Shown here: piece by piece, positions 47,421 through 57,357 of the stretch
How positions within the stretch are numbered: the stretch's first letter is position 1
How the letters are laid out: the number at the start of each line of letters is the position of its first letter
DNA from: Bacteriovoracaceae bacterium
GTDB lineage: Bacteria; Bdellovibrionota; UBA1018
DNA: 64,000 bases
Direction of reading: 5' to 3'
Assembly: GCA_947447665.1 (NCBI GenBank)
Contig: CANFJX010000002.1
Coordinates: 209,659 to 273,658 of the forward strand
Notes under the pieces: model-generated
Seen by the model: the letters and a program-made list of their open reading frames with translations, nothing else
Told to the model about the DNA's origin: nothing
Databases searched by the model: none
Made by a program: the position numbers and the translations under genes

Positions 47421-48566
47421 ATGAATTTAAAAAAAATTACGACTCTAGCGATGGGCGGAATACTTCTAGCTAAGGTCCCTATCTCATTCGCTCAGCCGAC
47501 TGCCCAGGAGTTAAATAGAGAGTTTTGCGAGCAACTTCAAAACTACGTCATGAATGGTCATCAGACATCTCAGCGGCAAGATCAACTCCACCAGCTTTCA
47601 GAAGCCGCTACCAGAATCCAAGATCCCACCGTAGGCGAATGGGTGAGAGAGCTAAGCAATCTGCACTCAGGCGTGGTGAGTTCACCGCAACCGCCTGCAA
47701 CTACCCTCCCCTCTGCAAGCAGCGGAGCTTACGGCTCACCGCCAAGGCAATCCCAGAGGGACAGAAGCATCGAGATCAGGAGATCGTTCGCTATCCTTCC
47801 TCCCCTAGCAGGGACCCCTGAAGTAGTCCGAAGTTGCTTTTCGGAGATTCCCGATCCTCAGTTCCCTGTTGTGCCCACCTGTGGGAAAAGACTGCGCGGT
47901 AGCGAAATTCGATCGGTCTGTTTTCAAAAACCAGAAATTCTCTCTCAGATTTTAAAAATCTCCATGCTCGGAGACGCCGTTAGCTTTTGGAGTAGCTATC
48001 ACAAACAAGCTCTCCATCTCGTGCAACAAATCGCTACGAAGTCCTGTGGACCTACGGTGATTTCTATGCGCCTCCTCGACTTGGGATTACCTGGCCCCCC
48101 TTCCGCAAAGCGCGCACAAGATGGCCTCACTAACGTCGACGATCTAGAGCGTGAAATCCGAGGTTCCGGACCTGATCTTTTAACCACAGAAAAATTTAAA
48201 TTCAAAATTGCGTCTAAAAATCAGCTCTATCTGGAAAATACAACTGGCGAATTCGACAGTTTTAAAAAAGACGACCAGCCCACACTCAGCAAAGTGAGCT
48301 TCATTGATTTTTTAGAAAGACGCCTGAGAATCTATGGCCCAGTTATCACCAGTATCACTGACCCAAAATTAGGTGGGCACTGGATCATCGTAGACGAAGT
48401 TTCTAAAACTGACGGGAGCGTTCGAATTCGTGATCCCTATCATGGTCGGATGATCGACATCCCGATTGATGCTTTCATCAAGCGTTTCATCGCTAAAGGA
48501 GTCGATGAGGGCATGACCGAAACAATGCTCTGGGCGTGGAAGGAGCCACGAAACGAATCTCGTTAG
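47421..48566 (+). CDS. Secreted protein with a possible papain-like (Cys...His...Asp) peptidase domain at the C-terminus
   Basis: Signal peptide MNLKKITTLAMGGILLAKVPISFA. Candidate catalytic residues are the C of KSCGPTV, the H of GGHWIIVD and the D of DPY. Confidence 0.45.
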   Translation: MNLKKITTLAMGGILLAKVPISFAQPTAQELNREFCEQLQNYVMNGHQTSQRQDQLHQLSEAATRIQDPTVGEWVRELSNLHSGVVSSPQPPATTLPSASSGAYGSPPRQSQRDRSIEIRRSFAILPPLAGTPEVVRSCFSEIPDPQFPVVPTCGKRLRGSEIRSVCFQKPEILSQILKISMLGDAVSFWSSYHKQALHLVQQIATKSCGPTVISMRLLDLGLPGPPSAKRAQDGLTNVDDLEREIRGSGPDLLTTEKFKFKIASKNQLYLENTTGEFDSFKKDDQPTLSKVSFIDFLERRLRIYGPVITSITDPKLGGHWIIVDEVSKTDGSVRIRDPYHGRMIDIPIDAFIKRFIAKGVDEGMTETMLWAWKEPRNESR

Positions 48567-48595
48567 CGATTTTTTGGCGAATTGAATCCTCAAAC

Positions 48596-49519
48596 CTACC
48601 CTAGCCATTTTCTAAAATGGCGAACTGCCTGATCGCTTGGGAACAGAACTTCCTCGGTGGCTAACCTTACGTCAATGGGTTCTTGGCTCGTAACTACTTG
48701 CCGATCTTCATTTAAGATCCCCCGAGTGCGGCGGAGCATCAGAAAGTTGATAACCCTATTAAGGCCAGGAATATTTGCAAATTTGCGATAACTCTTAAGA
48801 TACAAATCAGTGTGCTGATCATCCACAGGCACGAAAGCTAGAGTAATGGAGTACTTCTCCGAGATCCGATTGATCCATACGTTCGGAAAACGGAATTCAA
48901 TAAAACTTTGCGGCTCTAAGCCGTCTGCGCGAGGGAAAAACCATTTAATCCGTTCTTCATCCATCTTAAATTCAGGATATCTCTGAATAGGCGTGGCGTA
49001 TTTTCCGATCGAATTTCGGTGGACAAACGGAAGATGGGCGTAATCCAGTTGATTTTCGACCGAACGTGAAAAATGAGTTTTCCAGCTGGCTTTCATGTAA
49101 GCAGTACAAAAGGTATCGTCAACTTCTGTAAACCAGGCGGGCATCTTGTCAGCGGGCTCCCCGTCTCCCCACCACATCCAAACCCACCCGTCTTTCTCCC
49201 TGTTCTGATAAGTTTTCACTGAGAGCTTCGGCGCTGCTCGGTTGAGCTCAGGCACCCACTGACAAGTCCCGACTGCATCAAATTGAAATCCGTGAAAGGG
49301 GCAGGCTAACTTCCCATTCTTTAACTCCCCCAAACTGAGCTGAGCACTTCGGTGCGGGCATCGATCATCCATAATCGTCAGTGCACCCTGGATATCTCTC
49401 CAAAGAACTAAACGCTGTCCGAAACGAGTCAGAGATAAAATTTTATTTTTCTTAATCTCGGGCGACCGAGCAATCACATACCAGTGCTTTGGTAGATTCA
49501 TCCTTAAACTATAGAACAC
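48596..49519 (-). CDS. Rieske [2Fe-2S] non-heme iron oxygenase (small alpha-subunit-type)
   Basis: Rieske motif CPHRSAQLSLG...CPFHGFQF. Confidence 0.8.
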   Translation of the reverse strand: MFYSLRMNLPKHWYVIARSPEIKKNKILSLTRFGQRLVLWRDIQGALTIMDDRCPHRSAQLSLGELKNGKLACPFHGFQFDAVGTCQWVPELNRAAPKLSVKTYQNREKDGWVWMWWGDGEPADKMPAWFTEVDDTFCTAYMKASWKTHFSRSVENQLDYAHLPFVHRNSIGKYATPIQRYPEFKMDEERIKWFFPRADGLEPQSFIEFRFPNVWINRISEKYSITLAFVPVDDQHTDLYLKSYRKFANIPGLNRVINFLMLRRTRGILNEDRQVVTSQEPIDVRLATEEVLFPSDQAVRHFRKWLG

Positions 49520-49602
49520 CTATATTGTTATGTAAATTTATCTTATTGAAAAAAATAAAAAGAGAATATCATATCTCCTTTGCTGATGATAGAGTACTTG
49601 AG

Positions 49603-50244
49603 ATGAGTATTTTGGCCTGGGCTCAAATAATTGCCCTTTTCAAAGTGATAGCGATTGACGTGACACTAGCTGTAGATAATGCGGTCGTTATGGCTGCCAC
49701 TGCTGCAAGGTTGCCCAGTTCAATACGAGGAAGAGCGATCTGGATCGGTGTCGGAGCAGCGGCTTTTTTCAGAATAATTTTCGCCTGCTTTGCAGTGCAG
49801 CTACTCAATATATTGGGACTACTTCTGGCCGGTGGGCTGCTACTCCTATGGGTGGCGTGGAAATTTTGGCGCGAGATTCGGTCAAACTCTAATCAACATG
49901 GCAAGATAGCCCAAGAACACATAACTACCCGCGTCAAAATTCGCGGAGATTCATCCAAACAGGCTGTTTTTCAGATTATTCTCGCTGATTTTTCTATGTC
50001 ACTCGACAATACTCTGGCCGTTGCTGGCGCAGCCCATAACCACTTCTGGATCATGACGATTGGACTTATTTTCTCTGTTGTTCTCATCGGGCTAGCCGCA
50101 ACTTTTTTGGCCCACTTGTTCCATAAGTACCGATGGATTTCCTACCTAGGACTCTCCATCGTCCTCTATGTAGCTCTATCCATGATTTGGGATGGTGCTC
50201 AAGCGGTTGGGCACGCTTATTTGACTGCGGGTTTGACTCACTAA
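49603..50244 (+). CDS. TerC/YkoY-family integral membrane protein (start taken at the internal Met)
   Basis: Two DNA-V/L motifs (LAVDNAVVMA and SLDNTLAVAG) in a polytopic protein. Confidence 0.7.
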   Translation: MSILAWAQIIALFKVIAIDVTLAVDNAVVMAATAARLPSSIRGRAIWIGVGAAAFFRIIFACFAVQLLNILGLLLAGGLLLLWVAWKFWREIRSNSNQHGKIAQEHITTRVKIRGDSSKQAVFQIILADFSMSLDNTLAVAGAAHNHFWIMTIGLIFSVVLIGLAATFLAHLFHKYRWISYLGLSIVLYVALSMIWDGAQAVGHAYLTAGLTH

Positions 50245-50350
50245 TCGCCCGCATCGAGGACCCTCTTGTTTGAGTCTCCTTAGTGGTGCTTTTCATACAT
50301 TACACTTTTCATACATTGCACTTTTTTAGGTCGACCATTATAACTATTTT

Positions 50351-50758
50351 GTGGCTGCAGAAACCCTACCCATCCAAATTAGAAGCTCCTCCGGCGTCCT
50401 CACCTCGGGGAGCCTTTCGGTTGAGCGATGGACTCCAGCCCAGCGTCGCGGCCGAGCACTTAAGTTTGTTTCTCGGATATTCATCAGATTCTTACTCGTC
50501 TGTACGTTCGCGATTTTTGTTCACCCGCTGATCATTCCCACGATCATTGCTCTGATCTTATCACCTGTGATTTTAACTTACCTTTACTCTTATCGAGCGG
50601 GGCAAGAGGCCACATTTCTTTTTGCCGAGGGCAAATGTCCGAATTGTGAGCAAGATGGAAAACTCAATCCCTACCTTTGGAACACGCTCGCGGACGAAAT
50701 GTCTGTCATCTGTCCTGGGTGTGGGCAAACCTGTCAAGTGATCCTACCTGCCTCATGA
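50351..50758 (+). CDS. Small membrane protein with a C-terminal CxxC...CxxC zinc ribbon (the start is uncertain)
   Basis: TM segments, then CPNCEQ...CPGCGQ. Confidence 0.35.
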   Translation: MAAETLPIQIRSSSGVLTSGSLSVERWTPAQRRGRALKFVSRIFIRFLLVCTFAIFVHPLIIPTIIALILSPVILTYLYSYRAGQEATFLFAEGKCPNCEQDGKLNPYLWNTLADEMSVICPGCGQTCQVILPAS

Positions 50759-51121
50759 CGTAGAAAGGCACATACGTTCGGGCGGCCTGATGAGTCTACC
50801 CAAAACCTATTAAGACTGAATCACTGTATCGGGCAACTCCGATTTTAGAAGCTCGGAAATCACCATGGGGTAGAGCTCGAGAGATATGAGCCTGCCGGTG
50901 AGAGATTCGCTAATCGCCTTACTACTCGAAAAACGCACCGATCCAGTGAGGACAAATTGCCCAGGCCTTTTGTTGTGCCGTACCCACTCCTTGAGTGCAG
51001 GAAAGATCTTGGGAGCATACTGGCACTCGTCAATCGCTGTGCATGTCTTGCTCTCACATGTGCCGTCATATTATCTGATAGTAGCGGTTTTACACTCAAC
51101 ACAATCTTCAAAGCCTATCAG

Positions 51122-54100
51122 CTACTCAGCGGCCTCAGGGCTTTCTAGTTTCGAAATCAGGCTATAAACGCATGGGACAACGAACAAGGTTAGGATTGTC
51201 GATGCGATGACTCCACCAATGATCGAGATCGCCATCGGGATCGTCGTCTCCGACCCAGGCCCCAGGGAGAGCGCCTCTGGCAATGCCCCAGCAACAGTAG
51301 CGACGGAGGTCATCAAAATGGGCCTAAGGCGAACGGGACAGGCCTGAATCAGTGCTGTTTGAACATCAGCCCCTTCGCGTCGACACTGATTGGTAAAATC
51401 GACTAACAAAATCGAATTCTTCTTCACGATCCCCATGAGAAGAATAAATCCGATCATACTATACATATTGATGGACTGATTGCAGAGCCAAAGAGCAATG
51501 AAAGCTCCTGAAAAACTAAAGGGTAGAGCCATCAGCACGGTAATTGGATGGATAAAACTATTAAACTGAGATCCGAGCACCATATAAGAGACTACAATTC
51601 CCAAGAGTAGTGCGATCATTAAACTTTGAAAAGACTCTCGAAAACTCTGCGAGCTCCCTATCATCTTCAGCGTGTATCCCGGAGGCAGCATGGACCGAGC
51701 TAACTTCTCTGAGTACTCCATAGCCTCTTGTTGGGAGTGACCTGGAGCTGGATTTCCGTAAACAGTAATAGCCCGAGCTCGATTAAGTCGAGAAATCAGC
51801 AGAAGATTAGGCTCTACCTTTACATCGACCAATTCTGAAAGTGGAACCCGCTGCCCGCGGTTATTACGAATCATCACATTCTTTAAATCAGGTAACTTAG
51901 CCCGTTCAGAAGCCTGAAGACGAACCTCGATCTCATATCGATGCATCGCCTTGGGATATTCCGTTTGTCCATTGAGGATCAATCCTCCCACTAATGTGTT
52001 GATGGTGTTCGTCACGGTTTGGACCGAGACCGCGTGCTGGGCTAATTTCTCGCGATTGGGAATAATCCTAACTTCTGGCATCCCACTTTGAACGTCCGTG
52101 TTCACATCCACGGCCAAGTGGGACTCCTTCATTTTATCCATGATCTTCTTGGTTAAGTCCGTGAGCTGCTCCCAGTTTGGCCCCTGAATAATGAACTCAA
52201 TTGGAAACCCCCGAGAGGCTGCAAACCCTCGAAGCGAGAGATCCTGAATGACACTTTCCATCCCAGGCACTAAATCCCGAATCTCTTTTCTAATTTTTTT
52301 AGTAAAATCAGCCTGGGAGACTTTCCTCTTATTTCGATCCACCATGGTAGCAAATGCCATACCTTGATTGACGGCGTCACCACCAAATCCACCTACGGCA
52401 CTAAAAATTCCGCTCACCTCAGGCTTCGTGAGAAGATAGTTTTCAACCTGCTTCATTTTTTCATTGGTCACACCGAGTGAGGTTCCAACGGGAAGTTTAA
52501 ACCTTAGCATGAACATCGACTGATCCTGAGGCGGCATCATTTCACCTGGAAGGCGCTTGGCGATGAGAATACTACAGCCAAAAAAAAGGAAAGTCACCCC
52601 GAGCGTCTTCCATCGATGTTTAAGCAAGACTCGAAGCAAGGCCTCGTAATTCCTCGCTAGCTTTTTAAACACCTGATCAACAAAATATCCCAACCCTTGC
52701 GAATTATGCTCGACTGTCAGATAGCGAGAGCAGCGCATCGGAGTCAGAGTCAGAGCCTCCAAAAGAGACAGCAGCACTGCTACTGTTACAGTCAGGCCAT
52801 ACTGGAGGAAATACCGGCCAATAATTCCCTTCATGAAGACCACGGGAATAAAAATCGCTACGACTGCGATCGTCGCGGCCATCGCTGCGAAAGTAATCTC
52901 CTCTGAGCCTTTTAAGGCCGCTGCAAATTTTCTCTCCCCCTTTTCGCGGTGCCTGACAATATTTTCAAGCATCATGATCGCGTCGTCGACCACTATCCCA
53001 ATCGCCAAGCTTAATCCTAATAGGGTGAAGGTGTTCAAGGTGAAATGAAAAAAGTAGAAGGAAATAAAAGTCCCAATAATGGACGTCGGGATCGCCATGA
53101 GGACATTCATGGTCGAGGTCCAAGATCCCAAAAACAAGTAGCATACTAAAGACGTGAGTAATGCCGAGAGCCCCAGAGTAAAGATGAGCTGATCAACGGA
53201 TTGCTTAATAAAACGGGTACTATCCGTCCGCATTTCGATATGAAATTGTTTAGGCAGAGTTTCTGAGATCTCAGCTAATTTCTTACGAACCCCTTGAGCG
53301 ACTTCAACGGCGTTTGCCCCGTGTTGTTTAATGACTCCGATACCGACTGCGGTCTTGCCATTCACTCTAGAAATTCTGCGAATGTCAGCGGTTCCCTCTT
53401 CGATCTTAGCAACCTGGTTCAGAAGGGTAGGTCTGTAGTTCACACCCTGAAATTTGCGAGTGTTAATCCGAATTTTCCCAAACTCCTCCGGACTTACCGC
53501 TTCACCGAGTACCCGCAAATTAAACTCACCTTGATTATTATGAAGTATGCCAGCCGGAGTCTCAATTTGCTCCTGCTGGATTGCAGTCACAATATCCCCG
53601 GGTCCAATATCAAATTGGTCCATTTTTTTAGCGTCAGCCCAAACTCGGAGTGCCGGATCGACATACCCACCCACCACAATATTGCCTACGCCTGGAACCA
53701 TTCCAAATTCATTTTGAAGATGGGTCTTTGCATAAATCATGAGATCAATGAGAGGCGTCTTAGGGTCATTGGCCATAAATCCCAGCCACATAATGGGTTG
53801 ATCTTCGGGATTCGTTTTCCTTAGGACAGGCGGGAAAAGCGCAGTGGGCAAAAGGTTTCGAACCTGCTGTATGTGATTTCTTACGTCCTGAAGGGCCTGG
53901 TCGATATCTTGATTGAGCTCGAACTCAACAGAAATACTGGCCGAACTCTGCTGTGCGGTGGACGTAATGCTTCGAATCCCATCTAATTGCATAATCGAGT
54001 CTTCGACCGGGTCCAAAACCTGACTTTCCATGACCGCGGGTGCTGCACCGTTGAGACTAAACGACACACTGACCACCGGAAAATCTACGTCCGGCAACAG

Positions 54101-54208
54101 ACTCACCCCAAGGCGGTGAAACGAGATCGCCCCAAATACGATCAGAGCTGCCATCAGCATCCAAGCAAAAACCGGTCGTCGAATTGAAATCTCAGGCAAG
54201 CTCATCAT
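51122..54208 (-). CDS. RND (HAE1-type) efflux permease
   Basis: 1028 aa, 12 TM segments with large periplasmic loops. AcrB/MdtC-like. Confidence 0.95.
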   Translation of the reverse strand: MMSLPEISIRRPVFAWMLMAALIVFGAISFHRLGVSLLPDVDFPVVSVSFSLNGAAPAVMESQVLDPVEDSIMQLDGIRSITSTAQQSSASISVEFELNQDIDQALQDVRNHIQQVRNLLPTALFPPVLRKTNPEDQPIMWLGFMANDPKTPLIDLMIYAKTHLQNEFGMVPGVGNIVVGGYVDPALRVWADAKKMDQFDIGPGDIVTAIQQEQIETPAGILHNNQGEFNLRVLGEAVSPEEFGKIRINTRKFQGVNYRPTLLNQVAKIEEGTADIRRISRVNGKTAVGIGVIKQHGANAVEVAQGVRKKLAEISETLPKQFHIEMRTDSTRFIKQSVDQLIFTLGLSALLTSLVCYLFLGSWTSTMNVLMAIPTSIIGTFISFYFFHFTLNTFTLLGLSLAIGIVVDDAIMMLENIVRHREKGERKFAAALKGSEEITFAAMAATIAVVAIFIPVVFMKGIIGRYFLQYGLTVTVAVLLSLLEALTLTPMRCSRYLTVEHNSQGLGYFVDQVFKKLARNYEALLRVLLKHRWKTLGVTFLFFGCSILIAKRLPGEMMPPQDQSMFMLRFKLPVGTSLGVTNEKMKQVENYLLTKPEVSGIFSAVGGFGGDAVNQGMAFATMVDRNKRKVSQADFTKKIRKEIRDLVPGMESVIQDLSLRGFAASRGFPIEFIIQGPNWEQLTDLTKKIMDKMKESHLAVDVNTDVQSGMPEVRIIPNREKLAQHAVSVQTVTNTINTLVGGLILNGQTEYPKAMHRYEIEVRLQASERAKLPDLKNVMIRNNRGQRVPLSELVDVKVEPNLLLISRLNRARAITVYGNPAPGHSQQEAMEYSEKLARSMLPPGYTLKMIGSSQSFRESFQSLMIALLLGIVVSYMVLGSQFNSFIHPITVLMALPFSFSGAFIALWLCNQSINMYSMIGFILLMGIVKKNSILLVDFTNQCRREGADVQTALIQACPVRLRPILMTSVATVAGALPEALSLGPGSETTIPMAISIIGGVIASTILTLFVVPCVYSLISKLESPEAAE

Positions 54209-54211
54209 GGC

Positions 54212-57200
54212 TTAGGCTCCTTCGACTTTCTCGGTGTGCTCAAATCGAGTCAAAAGACTGTAAACGCAAGGAACAACAAAAAGAGTCAGAACGGTCGATA
54301 CTAAAACACCACCAATAATAGAAATCGCCATGGGGACTCGAGTCTCTGCTCCCGCTCCAAAATTGAGCGCCTCAGGAATTGCCCCAGCAATCGTTGCTAC
54401 GGAGGTCATAAGAATCGGCCTCAATCGAACCGGGCAGGCTTCGAGTAGGGCTTGAGTCGGTGGCACCCCCTCAGCCCTTCTTTGATTGGTAAAATCAACG
54501 AGCAGAATCGAATTTTTCTTTACGATCCCCATGAGAAGAATAAGACCAATAATACTAAACAGACTCAAAGACTGATGGGTAAAGAAAAGGGCTGCCAGGG
54601 CTCCTGACAAGCTAAAGGGCAGGGCCATCAGCACCGTGATAGGATGAATAAAACTATTAAATTGAGACGCCAAAACCATGTAGGCCACGACAATTCCTAA
54701 AACAAGGGCAAAGAACAATCCACTAAATGCATCATGAAAAGCCTCCGCGCTCCCTGTGGCCTTCAATACGTAACCTGAATGAGGAGGAAGAACCTCCTGC
54801 CCAATTCGTACCACCGCCTCTAAGGCATCTTGCTGGGAGCGATGATTGACGACATTCGCATAAACAGGAATCGCCCGTGCCCGATTCACCCGCGAGATGA
54901 GTTGTGGTCCTGTGGTTAGCTCAACATCGGCTACCTCCGAAAGCGGAACAAGCGTGCCACCCGTTCCACGATCGTTACTCAAAAGGAGTTTTTTAATATC
55001 ATCGATGCTCCCACACTGGCCAGGTTCCGATCTAGTCCTTATGTAATAGCGATGTTCATCTTTAGGGTATTGGGTATTCGCGTTAAAGATTTGCCCGCCT
55101 ACCAGGACACTGACCTCTTGCCCTAAGGTAGTGGTCGATACACCGCGAGACGCTTCCTTTTCTCGATTAGGAATTACATGAATTTCAGGCATTCCTACTT
55201 GAAAATCAGTATTCAGATCTTCCACCAGCCCGGTCGCCCGAAGTTTTTGATTGATCACAGTAGTATAATCGATGAGCTTTTTCCAATCGGGGCCCTCAAC
55301 GGTGAACTCGACGGGAAATCCCCGAGATGCACTAAAGCCCGTCAGCGAAAGATCCTGAGTCGAGATCTCATCTTGCGGCAATATTTTTTTCAATTCACCC
55401 TTGGTACGGTCCATGATTTCGCGCTGACTCTGAGTCCGATACTTTGGATCCTTTAGGATGACGTAAATCACACCCGCATTCACTACATTATTGTTCTGGA
55501 AGTTCCCGATCGTGGTGTAGAGATCTTGTACTTCTGGCTGTTTTTTCAAGTAAGCTTCGGCCTTTTGATAGACTTGATCGGTAGCCTCAATAGCGGTGCC
55601 TGGAGGAGTCTTGATGGAAAGGAGAAACAGGGATTGATCTTGCGCAGGAATCAACTCCTTACGGAGAGTCACCATGAAAACCATCGAGCCTGCAAAAACA
55701 ACCAACGATAGCACAACGATCCGAGTCCGGTGACTCAGACACCAATGAAGCAAGCTACTGTATTTTTCACTCAAGCGGTCCATCAGCCTGTCCATGGTCT
55801 TAAGTGTCCACCCCGGATTTCCCGACTTACCTGAGTGTAAGAAACGAGCACAGCGCATCGGAGTGAGAGTCAAAGCCTCGAGTAGCGACAGAAAAACGGC
55901 CGCCGTAACGGTGATCCCGTATTGGTAAAAGAACCGACCTACTACCCCCTGCATAAAAATTACGGGAATAAAAATCGCTGCGATAGCGAGGGTTGTTGCC
56001 AAGGCTGCAAACGTGATTTCATTTGATCCATCTGTCGCCGCTTTTTTACGAGTCTTGCCCATATCAAAATGACGAACGATATTTTCTAACATCATGATCG
56101 CGTCATCGACCACGATCCCGATCGCCAAGCTGAGTCCTAAGAGAGTGAAGGTGTTGAGGGTGAAACCAAAAAAGTACAGCGCGCTGAAGGCCCCTACAAT
56201 CGAGGTAGGAATGGCAAAAAGGACATTAATCGTCGACGACCAAGAACCCAGAAAAAGAAAGCACACGATCGAGGTTAGAATCGCCGAGTAGAGCAACGTC
56301 ATATTCAGTTCATTGACCGAATCCCGAATATACTGCGTCGTATCGAGACGAACATCGACATGATAGCCGGACAAAAGCGACTTTTGAATTTGTGCGACCT
56401 TCTGGGTGACTAACTTTGAAACCTCTACAGCATTCGCACCGTGTTGCTTGACGATACCCAAGCCGACGGCTGTCTTCCCATTAAACCGAGAGATTTGGCG
56501 AAGATCCGAGATCCCCTCCTCAACCCGAGCTACCTCATGCAAAGCGATCGGCTGATAATTGGGAGCTCCATTTCGGGTATTGATTCTAATCTTCCCAAAG
56601 TCTTCTGCCGTCCGAGCTTCACCTAAGACTCGAATATTGGTTTCGTTCAGAGGTGACTCAATCCGGCCAGCGGGCTGTTCGACTTGCTCCGCCTGAATGG
56701 CAGACAAAATATCGGTCGAGGTCAGATTAAAATGATAGAGTCGATTGCGATCAATCCAAACGCGGAGGTTTGGATCGACGTAACCTGCAAATGTAATATT
56801 GCCTACTCCAGAAAGCGTCGAAAGTTGGTCTTTAATGGTATTACGAGCGTAGATCATTTGTCGATAGAGCGGAACGCCCTCATCCGCACTCACCATCACC
56901 CACATAATCGGCTGATCTTCCGGGTTGGTTTTAGTAATGACGGGTGGGTAGAGCAAAGTAGGTAGCAGATTGGAGGATTGTTGAATTCGATCTTCCACCT
57001 CTTGAAGCGCTACATTGACATTGTGATTCATTTCGAATTCACAGGTTACATTAGCAATACCCTGGCTGACATTTGAGGTAACCTTTTTGAGGCCCTGAAT
57101 CCCCATCACCGCATCTTCGATGATATCTACAACATCGACTTCCATCAGCTCGGGAGCTGCATTGTCGAGCCGAAGGCTAATATTCACTACAGGAAAATCA

Positions 57201-57319
57201 ACATCCGGCATTTGACTAATGCCCATTCGCTGAAATGAAATTGCCCCGAATAGAATTAGACCTAGCATGAGCATCCATGCAAAGACTGGGTTTCGAATTG
57301 ATACTTCCGATATACTCAT
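54212..57319 (-). CDS. RND (HAE1-type) efflux permease, tandem paralogue (MdtB/MdtC-like pair)
   Basis: 1035 aa. 4-bp spacing to the downstream RND gene. Confidence 0.95.
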   Translation of the reverse strand: MSISEVSIRNPVFAWMLMLGLILFGAISFQRMGISQMPDVDFPVVNISLRLDNAAPELMEVDVVDIIEDAVMGIQGLKKVTSNVSQGIANVTCEFEMNHNVNVALQEVEDRIQQSSNLLPTLLYPPVITKTNPEDQPIMWVMVSADEGVPLYRQMIYARNTIKDQLSTLSGVGNITFAGYVDPNLRVWIDRNRLYHFNLTSTDILSAIQAEQVEQPAGRIESPLNETNIRVLGEARTAEDFGKIRINTRNGAPNYQPIALHEVARVEEGISDLRQISRFNGKTAVGLGIVKQHGANAVEVSKLVTQKVAQIQKSLLSGYHVDVRLDTTQYIRDSVNELNMTLLYSAILTSIVCFLFLGSWSSTINVLFAIPTSIVGAFSALYFFGFTLNTFTLLGLSLAIGIVVDDAIMMLENIVRHFDMGKTRKKAATDGSNEITFAALATTLAIAAIFIPVIFMQGVVGRFFYQYGITVTAAVFLSLLEALTLTPMRCARFLHSGKSGNPGWTLKTMDRLMDRLSEKYSSLLHWCLSHRTRIVVLSLVVFAGSMVFMVTLRKELIPAQDQSLFLLSIKTPPGTAIEATDQVYQKAEAYLKKQPEVQDLYTTIGNFQNNNVVNAGVIYVILKDPKYRTQSQREIMDRTKGELKKILPQDEISTQDLSLTGFSASRGFPVEFTVEGPDWKKLIDYTTVINQKLRATGLVEDLNTDFQVGMPEIHVIPNREKEASRGVSTTTLGQEVSVLVGGQIFNANTQYPKDEHRYYIRTRSEPGQCGSIDDIKKLLLSNDRGTGGTLVPLSEVADVELTTGPQLISRVNRARAIPVYANVVNHRSQQDALEAVVRIGQEVLPPHSGYVLKATGSAEAFHDAFSGLFFALVLGIVVAYMVLASQFNSFIHPITVLMALPFSLSGALAALFFTHQSLSLFSIIGLILLMGIVKKNSILLVDFTNQRRAEGVPPTQALLEACPVRLRPILMTSVATIAGAIPEALNFGAGAETRVPMAISIIGGVLVSTVLTLFVVPCVYSLLTRFEHTEKVEGA

Positions 57320-57357
57320 GTTTTAACCTTCCCTAGAGTGAATGAGAGAGACGGGTC

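Noticed and set aside
49520-49602. Possible yybP-ykoY (Mn2+) riboswitch upstream of the TerC-family gene
   Set aside because: Only 83 bp of AT-rich divergent promoter sequence is available. The conserved GGGGAGUAG and CAUA cores are not recognisable.
52697-56965. Plus-strand ORFs of 60-176 aa inside the two RND permease genes
   Set aside because: They are antisense shadows of long conserved CDSs.
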